Of a stretch of 31,433 nucleotides of DNA, positions 7,820-16,393 are shown in pieces. The translations under genes were made by a program, and so were the position numbers. The stretch spans positions 17,814 to 49,246 of the forward strand of contig CAZVAJ010000002.1 of assembly GCA_964625085.1 (NCBI GenBank), read 5' to 3'. Every line of letters starts with the position of its first letter. The first letter of the stretch is position 1. The DNA comes from Candidatus Micrarchaeota archaeon. Lineage in GTDB: Archaea; B1Sed10-29; JAJSAI01. The notes below the pieces were generated by a model, which was given only the letters and a program-made list of their open reading frames with translations, was not told where the DNA came from and ran no database searches.

Positions 7820-9466
7820 ATGGTAATGCTTGAAACAGACTACAACACTCTCCTCAAGTATGTGGGGAGAAAAATTAGTGTTGAAGAGCTTGAAGAAGTT
7901 TTGTTCAAGATGGGCTTTGAACTGGAACAAGCAGAAGAGGACATCGTAAGGATTGACATCACGCCTGAAAGAATTGACATGCTTTCAGTGCAAGGGTGTG
8001 CTAGAGCAATAAGACAGTATCTCGGCATAGACCCCGGACTGAAAAAGTATGATGTCCGACCCAGTGGTATAGAGATATTCATTGACGAGTCAGTGAGGGA
8101 TGTAAGACCATACACTGTTGCTGCTGTGGTTAAAGGGATAAAGTTTGATGATGAAAAGATAAAAGAACTTATCTGGCTCCAGGAAAAGGTGCACGAGACA
8201 TACGCAAGGGGAAGGGTGCAAGCTGCGATAGGAGTGTATCCTCTTGATCCTATAACACCCCCCATAAAATATTATGCTGAAGACTCTGAAAAAATTAGGT
8301 TTGTTCCTTTGGGCGCTGAAAAGGAGATGACTGGAAGCCAGGTGCTACGCGAGCATCCTACTGGCGTGAAGTACGCACACCTGCTAAAAGGAGAGAAAAA
8401 GTATCCTGTGTTTACTGACGCTAAAGGCAAAGTCCTCAGCATGCCGCCGATCATAAACTCAGAGGAGCTGGGTAAGGTAACTGAAAAAACGCAGGATGTG
8501 TTCATAGAATGCAGTGGTAGCAACCTAACAAAACTTAATCTTGTGCTTAACCTACTTGTGACCAGCCTTGCAGACATGGGTGGAAAAATAGAATCTGTTA
8601 GGGTTCATGCGTACGGGCAGGGTTATTCCACCCCTAATCTTACGCCTTGGAAAATTACGGTCGATTCCACACAGGTGGAAAAGTGGAGCGGCATACAACT
8701 TAATGCAGAAGAGATGAAGAACTTGCTTGAGCGGATGGGTTATTCTGCAGATGTAGTATCTGAAGAAGAAGTTGAAGTGGGGGTTCCGGCGTACAGGGCG
8801 GACGTACTTCATCCTGTTGACATCATTGATGACCTGTTAAGAGCGTACGGGTTTGACAACATTCCTGCCAGATTAGGCAATGTTATGACTGTCGGAGGCA
8901 TTATCCAAGAAACAAAGAAAGCAGATGATGTAAGGGAAATACTTACAGGCCTTGGGTTTCAAGAAGCAATCACCCTTGCCTTGACAAGCAAGGAAGAGCA
9001 ATATCAAAAGATGGGAGTACAGGAAGAGCCTCACGTGAGCCTGCAAGAACAGAAAGAAAAGAGTATTAACATGGTAAGAACATGGCTCCTGCCAGAACTA
9101 ATGAAAGTGCTTCAGAACAACAGAAGCAAACCTTTCCCTCAGAGAGTGTTTGAGGTCGGAGATGTTGTTATTCCTGACAACAGTTCAGACACTCTTGCCA
9201 AGAACCAGCAGAAGGTAGCCTGTGTAATTTCTCATGATAAGGCAAACTATTCTGAGGCAAAGTCAGTTCTAGAGAACTTGGCAAAGGCCATGAACTGGAA
9301 CGTGAAACTGGAAGAAGAAGCTCATGGCAGCATGATCCAAGGCAGGACTGCTGCTGTCTTCTTGAACGGAAAAAAGAGAGGAGTCATTGGCGAGATTCAT
9401 CCTTCTGTTATCGAGAATTTTGAGCTTGAGCACCCTGTGTCAGGCTTTGAGCTTATTCTTGAGTAG
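7820..9466 (+). CDS. pheT: Phenylalanine-tRNA ligase beta subunit (archaeal type)
   Basis: RIDMLS, RPYTVAAVV, SMPPIINS, VPAYRADVLHPVDIIDD and GEIHP. ATG at 7820, 2 nt after the pheS stop. Confidence 0.96.
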   Translation: MVMLETDYNTLLKYVGRKISVEELEEVLFKMGFELEQAEEDIVRIDITPERIDMLSVQGCARAIRQYLGIDPGLKKYDVRPSGIEIFIDESVRDVRPYTVAAVVKGIKFDDEKIKELIWLQEKVHETYARGRVQAAIGVYPLDPITPPIKYYAEDSEKIRFVPLGAEKEMTGSQVLREHPTGVKYAHLLKGEKKYPVFTDAKGKVLSMPPIINSEELGKVTEKTQDVFIECSGSNLTKLNLVLNLLVTSLADMGGKIESVRVHAYGQGYSTPNLTPWKITVDSTQVEKWSGIQLNAEEMKNLLERMGYSADVVSEEEVEVGVPAYRADVLHPVDIIDDLLRAYGFDNIPARLGNVMTVGGIIQETKKADDVREILTGLGFQEAITLALTSKEEQYQKMGVQEEPHVSLQEQKEKSINMVRTWLLPELMKVLQNNRSKPFPQRVFEVGDVVIPDNSSDTLAKNQQKVACVISHDKANYSEAKSVLENLAKAMNWNVKLEEEAHGSMIQGRTAAVFLNGKKRGVIGEIHPSVIENFELEHPVSGFELILE

Positions 9467-10627
9467 TTTTTTCTCATCCTCATCGAACTCAAAGTAGTCC
9501 CACAATTCAGGCAGCTTGCTTACCATGAAAAGATAGGAGTCTGCAGCTTTGCTTGAACCAAGGTGACACTTTGCACCGATCTTCTTAGCAATGGACCTAA
9601 GCAGGTACCCTTCTTTTTTTATGCCCGCCCTAATTCTCAGGCTTTGGGGAAAATCATACCTCATGAACCTCTTTCTGTGGTGTTTTTTTTCTTCAGAAAC
9701 AAGAGCCATCTCATCCAGAGCATGTTTTGTATTGCCGTAGTCCTGTCTTTTCTTGATCCTACCAAGGTAAACATCTGCCCGGGACAGCCTTTCAAAACCG
9801 CCTGCAAGATCCTCTGGATGCTGATGGGTTCGCGGGAGGTTCTCCTCTATCCACGCAAGCAAAAATCCAGGGTCTTCGTTTGCATCTGAAAGGGCACGGC
9901 GTGCTGTTTCAAAGTCCCTTGACTCAAGCACCTGTTTGATCACATCAAACATGCCTTTAGAAACATCCCGGTATGATAAAATCTCAAGGTCTTTTTCGGT
10001 AACTCTTTTTTTACCAAAGGCGATCATCTCAAGATCGTTTATGGCTGACCTTATGTCCCCATTACTATACTTTGCAATATCCTGAAGCACTGTCCTGTCC
10101 ACCTGTATTTCTTCTGCATCAGCGATTTCTGAAATAAGCTTCAGCACAGTTGTCTCCCGTATTTTCTGAAGCTTGATGACCTTGCACACCTTACGCAGGT
10201 CTTTTAGCTTGGGATCGTACGCGTTCTCTGCCGTGAGGATTATGGGGGAGGGATTTTCTTGCACTATTTTTCTGACAGCAGTCATGCCCCCTCTGTCCCC
10301 TCCGGTCATCAGATCCACTTCATCAAACAAGATCAGGCGCATTCCGCCGAACAGGGAAAGCGTTCTGCTTGCTTCTCCAGCCACCTTTTCTACAACAGAT
10401 GCAGTGCGCTGGCTGCTTGTGTTCATCTCAAGAAGCTGGAACCCATACTCTTTTGCGCACGCAAGGGCAAGGCTTGTCTTGCCAGAACCAGTAGGCCCTG
10501 TTATGAGCAGAGGAGTCTGTTTTTTTCCGTTTTTCCAAGCTTCTGCCCACTTCCGTATCTCATTCACTGCCCCGGGATTGCCTAACACTTCCTCAAGCCT
10601 GCTGGGAGAATACTTTTCAGCCCACAT
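9440..10627 (-). CDS. rfcL: Replication factor C large subunit
   Basis: WAEKYSP, Walker A GPTGSGKT, EMNTS, Walker B FDEVD, GDIRSAINDL, WIEEN and LSRADVYLGR. Confidence 0.93.
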   Translation of the reverse strand: MWAEKYSPSRLEEVLGNPGAVNEIRKWAEAWKNGKKQTPLLITGPTGSGKTSLALACAKEYGFQLLEMNTSSQRTASVVEKVAGEASRTLSLFGGMRLILFDEVDLMTGGDRGGMTAVRKIVQENPSPIILTAENAYDPKLKDLRKVCKVIKLQKIRETTVLKLISEIADAEEIQVDRTVLQDIAKYSNGDIRSAINDLEMIAFGKKRVTEKDLEILSYRDVSKGMFDVIKQVLESRDFETARRALSDANEDPGFLLAWIEENLPRTHQHPEDLAGGFERLSRADVYLGRIKKRQDYGNTKHALDEMALVSEEKKHHRKRFMRYDFPQSLRIRAGIKKEGYLLRSIAKKIGAKCHLGSSKAADSYLFMVSKLPELWDYFEFDEDEKKLLKNKLKA

Positions 10628-10662
10628 TAGTTTTTATTAGCAGGTCAGCCAATAAATACCGT

Positions 10663-11811
10663 ATGGTAAAAATAGGCGTGTGCGGCAAACCGTCGTCAGG
10701 AAAGTCCACCTTTTTCAGTGCAGCGACCATGGTGGACGTGCCAAGAGCTGCTTACCCGTTCACCACGATCAAGCCGAATGTTGCGATGGCTGCTGTAACC
10801 ACAAAATGCGCTTGTCAGGCGCTGGAAGGGATTACCGGAAAATGTAAAGGGAGGAATTCAAAGTGCGTGAATGGCGTAAGGCATATCCCTGTCCAGCTCG
10901 TGGATGTTGCCGGGCTGGTTCCAGGCGCTCACCTTGGGAAAGGCATGGGTAACGAGTTCTTGAACGATTTGATAGATGCTGAAGCGTTAGTGCATGTTAT
11001 TGACCTCAGCGGAAAGACTGACGAGAAAGGAGAACCTGCTGAAGAGTATGATCCTGAAAAAGACATTCTTTGGTTACAGGACGAGATAGACTTTTGGATA
11101 GAAAACATTCTTGAAAAGAACTGGAAGAACATACTAAGAAAGGCAAAAACAAAACCGTTGTGGGAGTGTGTTTTTGAGCAAGTAAGCGGGCTGAGCATTG
11201 ATCCTGAAAAAGTGAAAAAGATAGTGGGAGGGAGTGCAGGAGATCCTCTTGAGCTCGCTAGAAAAATCAGGAGTGCTAACAAGCCCCTTGTGCTCGCGGG
11301 AAACAAGATAGATCTTGAATCATCTAAAAAGAACTATAACCGGCTTAAGAAAAAGTATGATATAATCCCGGTATCTGCTGAGGCAGAACTTGCCTTGCGC
11401 AAGGCCCAGGCTGCTGGAATTATAGAATACAATGGGCATGATTTCAGGATACTGAAAAAGGTGTCTTCTGAACAGGAAGCAGCTCTTGAGAAAATTCGGG
11501 AAACAGTAATAGAACCGTATGGTTCAACAGGAGTCCAAGAGGTACTTAACAAGACTGTTTTCGAGAAGTTGGGGTACATAGTGGTCTATCCTGTTGAAGA
11601 TGAAAAAAAGTACACTGACCAGAACGGGAACGTGCTGCCTGACGCAATACTCCTAAAAAAGGGTTCGCGCGTGATACAGCTTGCTGAAAAGGTTCATACA
11701 GATCTTGCAAAGGGATTTATTGCAGCAGTGGACTGCAGGACAAAAAGGAAAGTGGGAAAAGACCATGTTCTGTCTGACTCTGACGTGATCAGCATCAAGT
11801 CCCGGACCTAG
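10663..11811 (+). CDS. ychF: Obg/YchF-family translation-associated NTPase with TGS domain (archaeal type)
   Basis: GKPSSGKST, YPFTTIKPN, DVAGLVPGAH.GKGMGNEFL, NKID and C-terminal TGS (VHTDLAKGF). Confidence 0.92.
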   Translation: MVKIGVCGKPSSGKSTFFSAATMVDVPRAAYPFTTIKPNVAMAAVTTKCACQALEGITGKCKGRNSKCVNGVRHIPVQLVDVAGLVPGAHLGKGMGNEFLNDLIDAEALVHVIDLSGKTDEKGEPAEEYDPEKDILWLQDEIDFWIENILEKNWKNILRKAKTKPLWECVFEQVSGLSIDPEKVKKIVGGSAGDPLELARKIRSANKPLVLAGNKIDLESSKKNYNRLKKKYDIIPVSAEAELALRKAQAAGIIEYNGHDFRILKKVSSEQEAALEKIRETVIEPYGSTGVQEVLNKTVFEKLGYIVVYPVEDEKKYTDQNGNVLPDAILLKKGSRVIQLAEKVHTDLAKGFIAAVDCRTKRKVGKDHVLSDSDVISIKSRT

Positions 11812-12089
11812 AAAGGCAAGTGAAGTCCGCTATTGTTACCTTCACTTGGCTCATCATCTGTGTCTCCGGGAAAGCTTATTTTTTCAACCTCAAACTTTTT
11901 CTCCCGTTCTTCTACCGCATTCCTCGCTCGTTCCATCTCCTCATGCTTATTTCTAAGCCTTGTCAGAGTGTAAAAGTACGCGTTTATTATGGTGTCAAGA
12001 CCCATCTGTCTTTTTTCTCCTCTTTGAGAGACTTCTTGCACATATAATTGCACAAGCCTGAACGCCATTTCTTCTTCTGGCTCAACCAT
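11808..12089 (-). CDS. Hypothetical small helical protein, 93 aa
   Basis: ATG at 12089 preceded by a GGAGG SD, overlapping the upstream stop by 8 nt. Sequence MVEPEEEMAFRLVQLYVQEV...IINAYFYTL with an acidic tail. Confidence 0.75.
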   Translation of the reverse strand: MVEPEEEMAFRLVQLYVQEVSQRGEKRQMGLDTIINAYFYTLTRLRNKHEEMERARNAVEEREKKFEVEKISFPGDTDDEPSEGNNSGLHLPF

Positions 12090-12705
12090 TTTTATTCCCT
12101 CCTTCTGCTTTCTGCAGTATGGCAAGCTCTTCTGCAGTGATTTTTTCGCCTGCCATGAACTTTTTCATTATCTTGTCCGCCAGCTCGTTCAGTTCCTCTG
12201 TAGGCATCTCCTTACTATACGTGGCGGTCACAACCTCTTCTTTTCTAGCTTCTTCTTTAGGCATTTTCGCCACAAGCTTTTCTATTGTTTTCTCTCTTTT
12301 CTCTACTGATTTTTTCAGGTCATCCGCTTTTTTAGAGAGCTCGTCATGTTTTGTCTTCAGTTCATCAAGCTCTTCTTTCCAGTGCCTTGACTTGAAAAAG
12401 TTCTTTTTCCTTTTCCTCAGTTCTTCAAGCTCTTCTTCCATTTCATCTAATCTTGCGACTATCTGGCGTTCTCTGGATATTGGTGTTTGGCCTGTCTGGT
12501 ACTTGAAGTACAGCGACTTGTACTTGCTTTCGAGTTCCTTGAGCCTTCTGCCAGGCGGTTTTACGGGCCCTACCTTCTTTATTTTTGATTCAAGGAACTT
12601 CATTTTTCGTTCAATCATTGCTTTTTCTTTTCTGATGTTCCTCAGGTTCTGCTTTTCTTCTTTCAGCGCTTTGCGCTCTTCAGCTATTTTCTGGCCAATG
12701 TTCAT
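12082..12705 (-). CDS. Archaeal coiled-coil protein (COG1340-like)
   Basis: Long heptads, YQT...RERQIV..L..MEEELE and C-terminal ADKIMKKFMAGEKITAEELAILQKA, resembling COG1340 signatures. ATGA overlap with the upstream gene. Confidence 0.75.
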   Translation of the reverse strand: MNIGQKIAEERKALKEEKQNLRNIRKEKAMIERKMKFLESKIKKVGPVKPPGRRLKELESKYKSLYFKYQTGQTPISRERQIVARLDEMEEELEELRKRKKNFFKSRHWKEELDELKTKHDELSKKADDLKKSVEKREKTIEKLVAKMPKEEARKEEVVTATYSKEMPTEELNELADKIMKKFMAGEKITAEELAILQKAEGGNKNG

Positions 12706-13421
12706 TTTGCTCCCTCTTTTTTCATCCAATCAAGACCATACTCCTTGAACTCTTTTTTCTGCGTGGACAAGTATATATCCGTACCGAACTTGGCGAACAC
12801 CGCGCCAACTATGACCATTACAGCAGAAACGCTGAGTGGGACAAGATCAACAGATAATGCGAATCGTATAAGGATGTTGTACAACTGTAGGAATGAGAAT
12901 AATGCTATCAGCGCGCCTGAAAGCATAAGAACTATTGAGATAAGGATTTTTGTTGTTCCTTTCACTTTCATCTGGTTAAGCTGTTTCTGCACGTCCTGCA
13001 AAGCGGAGTTGAACTGTATCTTGAAATTGAACAGGTCTGATTTTACGGAGTCTGTGGTTGCCTTCATGTCAGATATTTTTTTCTCCAGGAGTTCTTTCTG
13101 TTCCATTGACTTAAGCTCTGCCTTTAACAGCACCTGTTTTTCCATTTTCTTCATTTCTTCTCTTATCATGTTCTGAAGTCCCTCTTTTTCTTCATCAAAA
13201 AGCCTGTGGACTTCTAGTTTTAGTTTTGATCCCAGGTATCCCTCATAATCTTTTTTCACCTGCTGGTAAACTTGTACTGCTTCTGTTTCTGAAAGGCCTG
13301 TGGAAACAAGGGTGCTGATTATCTTATCCTCTGGGATATTCCGCGTGATCATCTCAAGAACAATATCTGACAGTTTTCTCGGGGCTTCTCTTGTCCCTTC
13401 CTTTTTCTGGAACAGTGGCAT
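12702..13421 (-). CDS. Hypothetical membrane protein with cytoplasmic coiled coil and two C-terminal TM helices
   Basis: Small helical N-domain, about 100 aa coiled coil, then hydrophobic ILISIVLMLSGALIALFSFL and LVPLSVSAVMVIVGAVFA. Confidence 0.8.
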   Translation of the reverse strand: MPLFQKKEGTREAPRKLSDIVLEMITRNIPEDKIISTLVSTGLSETEAVQVYQQVKKDYEGYLGSKLKLEVHRLFDEEKEGLQNMIREEMKKMEKQVLLKAELKSMEQKELLEKKISDMKATTDSVKSDLFNFKIQFNSALQDVQKQLNQMKVKGTTKILISIVLMLSGALIALFSFLQLYNILIRFALSVDLVPLSVSAVMVIVGAVFAKFGTDIYLSTQKKEFKEYGLDWMKKEGAK

Positions 13422-13514
13422 GAGGATATTATCTTTTGGGTATTTAAAAAAGTAACCTGAAAAAACTGCAGGAGGTTTGAAGAGGATTTAGTCGGCCTAT
13501 TACATAGGGACATT

Positions 13515-14054
13515 ATGCTGTTAACCCCCTCTCTTGGTGTTATAGTGCTCTTCTGTTGCATGCTTTTCTCAGCAGCTTCGATCCAAGCAGCTGGGCATGA
13601 TGACAGTGTTTTAATAAAGCATTATAAAGTCAGGGAAACCGCATACAGGATGGAACAGGGGTTTAGGGATGCTGTTGAAGAGAGCATAGTTCCAGGTCTG
13701 CCAGAACCTGAGCAGATGGCAAAAACATGTTTGAGCGTGCGCGCTTGGGCGCGCAGGAATGATGTGGAAGTTGATGTGTTTTTTTCTGATTCTTACGTTT
13801 TCAAGATATCAAAAGACATTATCCCTTTCCTTACTCCTGACGGGCTTAAGAAACTGGCTGGTGTGCTACCAGAGTGCGCGGGCCCTTGTGTCGCATTAGT
13901 ATCTGTTGATAATGAAGGATGCATCCTGGTACAGAACAGCGGGCTTGTGATGGGAAGCAGTATGCAGCGCTCAGGGTTCATGCTGCAGAAGGAAGGTGTT
14001 AGGGTTGTGGTTCCAGAAGGGACACGGTTCTGTAAGCGGCCAGGCCTCGCTTGA
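13515..14054 (+). CDS. Hypothetical Cys-rich exported or membrane-anchored protein of the pilin-like cluster
   Basis: N-terminal hydrophobic helix, several Cys residues, overlaps the next pilin-like gene. Confidence 0.65.
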   Translation: MLLTPSLGVIVLFCCMLFSAASIQAAGHDDSVLIKHYKVRETAYRMEQGFRDAVEESIVPGLPEPEQMAKTCLSVRAWARRNDVEVDVFFSDSYVFKISKDIIPFLTPDGLKKLAGVLPECAGPCVALVSVDNEGCILVQNSGLVMGSSMQRSGFMLQKEGVRVVVPEGTRFCKRPGLA

Positions 14055-14385
14055 AATGCTGTTGCTTGCAACAGCAAGCATCTGCTTTCTTGGCTTGGCC
14101 GCCAGCCAAACTAGCATGCTGTTGTCTGGAGCTAGGCATGCTGCAATAAAGCATAATGTTGATTATCTTCTTGAATCATGCCAAGAAGCATGCCAAGAAG
14201 CTGTGCTCTCCGGAGCAGTTAGAGAAATAGAGTTCACTGCATTGTCTGAAGGTGTTCTCAACGCAGGCCAAGGTAGGATCATGTATTCCTCAGAAGAGTT
14301 TAACATGTCAATGGGGAGGTTTGGGTGCAAAGTCAACCAAGGCGTGCGCAAAGGAAAAAACACTATCCGTGTTTATCCTGAGTAG
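13996..14385 (+). CDS. Class III signal peptide (type IV pilin-like) protein
   Basis: SG|QASLEMLLLATASICFLGLAA, with G at -1, Q at +1, E at +5 and a hydrophobic helix. Start uncertain (GTG 13996 or TTG 14005). Confidence 0.75.
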   Translation: MLGLWFQKGHGSVSGQASLEMLLLATASICFLGLAASQTSMLLSGARHAAIKHNVDYLLESCQEACQEAVLSGAVREIEFTALSEGVLNAGQGRIMYSSEEFNMSMGRFGCKVNQGVRKGKNTIRVYPE

Positions 14386-14717
14386 CTTGTGTTCTGCTGG
14401 CTGACGCCTATGTAAACCGTTTTTCCACAGCATGCTCTTTCCAGGTTCACTTCGCCACATCCTTTTTCAAAACAGTAAGAAAACCCCATTTTTTCCAGCA
14501 CGCTGAAACATTCCGGCGCCCAGTTCTTGGTCAGGGCACAGGATTCTGCAGCGTCCTGTGCTATGGCGTATTCTTCCAGGCTTTCATTCGCTCTTGGCAG
14601 GGGTGCTGAGAAGAGCACAACAAGACTGAAAAGGCAGATAAGTATGAAGAGAAATGCGTCCAAGAGAAATATTTGACCCTTATTCTGTGCACAGTGTGAT
14701 AACAAGGGGTTTTCCAT
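14373..14717 (-). CDS. Class III signal peptide (pilin-like) protein, Cys-rich
   Basis: NKG|QIFLLDAFLFILICLFSLVVLF. Start may be TTG 14705. Confidence 0.75.
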   Translation of the reverse strand: MENPLLSHCAQNKGQIFLLDAFLFILICLFSLVVLFSAPLPRANESLEEYAIAQDAAESCALTKNWAPECFSVLEKMGFSYCFEKGCGEVNLERACCGKTVYIGVSQQNTSYSG

Positions 14718-15060
14718 TCATTACACCTATTCTTCGGATGCAGGCTGTTCCTTTTTTATTGTTTAACCATGCTTTCCTAAGCCCAAGGCGTTCTCCAAGC
14801 TGTTCTGCAGGCATGCTCTCAAGATACCTTAGCTTTTCTTCTGAGATCTGATGATGTTTCACCTTGTTTTCTGAGTACTGCGCCAGGCCCTTGTCCGAGC
14901 TTGTTATCAGGATTTCTGAAGCCAGTAATAATTTTTTCCGCAAGATTTTTCTGGAGTATGCTTCTGAAACATTGGCAGAGTGCACGTGAAATGTTGTAAA
15001 CGTGAACAAGAGCGTGAGAAGGACCAATAAACAGGCTACAGCCAGCTCTAATGCCATCAT
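14680..15060 (-). CDS. Pilin-like protein with N-terminal hydrophobic helix
   Basis: MMALELAVACLLVLLTLLFTF. ATG at 15060 forms an ATGA overlap with the upstream stop; GTG 15069 is an alternative start. Confidence 0.7.
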   Translation of the reverse strand: MMALELAVACLLVLLTLLFTFTTFHVHSANVSEAYSRKILRKKLLLASEILITSSDKGLAQYSENKVKHHQISEEKLRYLESMPAEQLGERLGLRKAWLNNKKGTACIRRIGVMNGKPLVITLCTE

Positions 15061-15374
15061 TTGAACCACTGCCTTTCTCCTTTAACTTTTATTCCTGTAG
15101 GGCTGGAGTGCACTTGGTCTGACGCGCATTGTTCTGAATAGAAGTCTCCAGCCAGTTTTCCGTTTTTTATCTTCGCGCGGATGTTAAAGTTAAGTTGCGT
15201 GTAGTCCGAGTCCAGAAACAGTACATCACACGCTGTTTTTGCCGACAACAGTTCTTTTTTTTCTTTTATTTTCCAGAAGACTTGCCTGTACTGGTTTACA
15301 GGAGCTGATCCTATTAGGAGGAACGTGAATGCTAGCCAAGCGAGTAAGAGAACCGCTAGTTCAAGCGATTTCAT
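15057..15374 (-). CDS. Pilin-like protein with N-terminal hydrophobic helix
   Basis: MKSLELAVLLLAWLAFTFLLI, GGTGA SD, ATGA overlap with the upstream small pilin. Confidence 0.7.
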   Translation of the reverse strand: MKSLELAVLLLAWLAFTFLLIGSAPVNQYRQVFWKIKEKKELLSAKTACDVLFLDSDYTQLNFNIRAKIKNGKLAGDFYSEQCASDQVHSSPTGIKVKGERQWFK

Positions 15375-15538
15375 GATTTTTTCACCATGGAATCAAACGC
15401 TTTTTTTGAGTTTGTTTTCACTTTTGATCCTGCTCTTGATGATGTGGATATCAAGCTGGATATGAACCATGCTGCTATGAGCAGCACTGCACCAAGAACA
15501 AGCATTGCTTCTAGTGATATCTGGGCCTTGCAGTCCAT
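15371..15538 (-). CDS. Small class III signal peptide pilin, 55 aa (not in ORF track)
   Basis: Manual translation: MDCKA|QISLEAMLVLGAVLLIAAWFISSLISTSSRAGSKVKTNSKKAFDSMVKKS*. Confidence 0.85.
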   Translation of the reverse strand: MDCKAQISLEAMLVLGAVLLIAAWFISSLISTSSRAGSKVKTNSKKAFDSMVKKS

Positions 15539-15544
15539 TATACA

Positions 15545-15724
15545 TCAGCTCTTATTGGCCAGGATGCTGTCTATTTCGTTCAGTAGAGCGTCTGACTTGT
15601 TGCTCATACTTCCGGAGGCTTTTGTGGCAGTTGTTTTCATGTTCGTGACCAACAGTATTGCTACTGCCAGCACTGCAGCTATTATTATCAGCAGCTCGGC
15701 AGAAACCTGGCCTTTGCAGTCCAT
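15545..15724 (-). CDS. Small class III signal peptide pilin, 59 aa (not in ORF track)
   Basis: Manual translation: MDCKG|QVSAELLIIIAAVLAVAILLVTNMKTTATKASGSMSNKSDALLNEIDSILANKS*. Confidence 0.88.
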   Translation of the reverse strand: MDCKGQVSAELLIIIAAVLAVAILLVTNMKTTATKASGSMSNKSDALLNEIDSILANKS

Positions 15725-15787
15725 GGTATTGATTGTATCTTGAGCGCAATAAGAGAAAATGAGAAGGGAGGGGGTTTTGTCTGGTTT

Positions 15788-16354
15788 TTAGTATTCTTCG
15801 CACTTGAAGTAGAAATACTCGCGCGGGTGATCGCAGCTCGGGCATCTTTCAGGGGGAGTCTCTCCTATGTGCACATAGCCGCACTTGCTGCAAACCCATG
15901 CTACAGGCCCTTGTTTTTTCCAGAGGGTGCCTTTTTCCAGCTGTTCTAAAAGCTTTCTGTATCTTTCTTCATGATGTTCCTCTGCTTTTGCTATTGCCCT
16001 TAATCTTCCTGCTATTTCAGGATGATTCTCTTCTAGAGCATCTTTTGCAAAGTCCGGGTACAGTGTGGTGTTTTCGTAGTGTTCGCCTTCTGCAGCGTAT
16101 TTCAGGTTTTCTGCTGTACTACCTATCTTGTTAACCATTGGAACTTCCACGTTTATTTCTGCTTCTGCTCCAAGAGACTGCAGCATTTTCATCAGCCACT
16201 TGGCGTGCTGTCTTTCCTGTTCTGCTGTTTCAAGGAACACGTTTCCGATCTGGTGGTATCCTTCCTTGAACGCTTGCTTAGCGTACAAAGTGTACCTGTT
16301 TCTTGCCTGACTCTCTCCTATGAACGCTTTTGCAAGATTAGATGGTGTTTTCAT
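15788..16354 (-). CDS. rbr: Rubrerythrin
   Basis: AFIGESQARNRY, E..HA, EGEHYE, AEEHHE diiron ligands and a C-terminal rubredoxin domain (CSKC...CPSC). GGAGG SD. Confidence 0.96.
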   Translation of the reverse strand: MKTPSNLAKAFIGESQARNRYTLYAKQAFKEGYHQIGNVFLETAEQERQHAKWLMKMLQSLGAEAEINVEVPMVNKIGSTAENLKYAAEGEHYENTTLYPDFAKDALEENHPEIAGRLRAIAKAEEHHEERYRKLLEQLEKGTLWKKQGPVAWVCSKCGYVHIGETPPERCPSCDHPREYFYFKCEEY

Positions 16355-16393
16355 TCTATCTTCCTCCTTTTTTGTCTCTGCACCTGTTAAAGG

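Noticed and set aside
12119..13176. Plus-strand ORFs of 209 aa and 143 aa
   Set aside because: Antisense shadows of Lys/Glu-rich coiled-coil genes.
13515..15724. Diversity-generating retroelement or phase-variation cassette acting on the pilins
   Set aside because: No reverse transcriptase, template/variable repeat pair, recombinase or flanking inverted repeats seen.
15387..15845. Track ORFs 15387-15743 (+) and 15552-15845 (-)
   Set aside because: The region is better explained by the two small minus-strand prepilins with canonical class III motifs.
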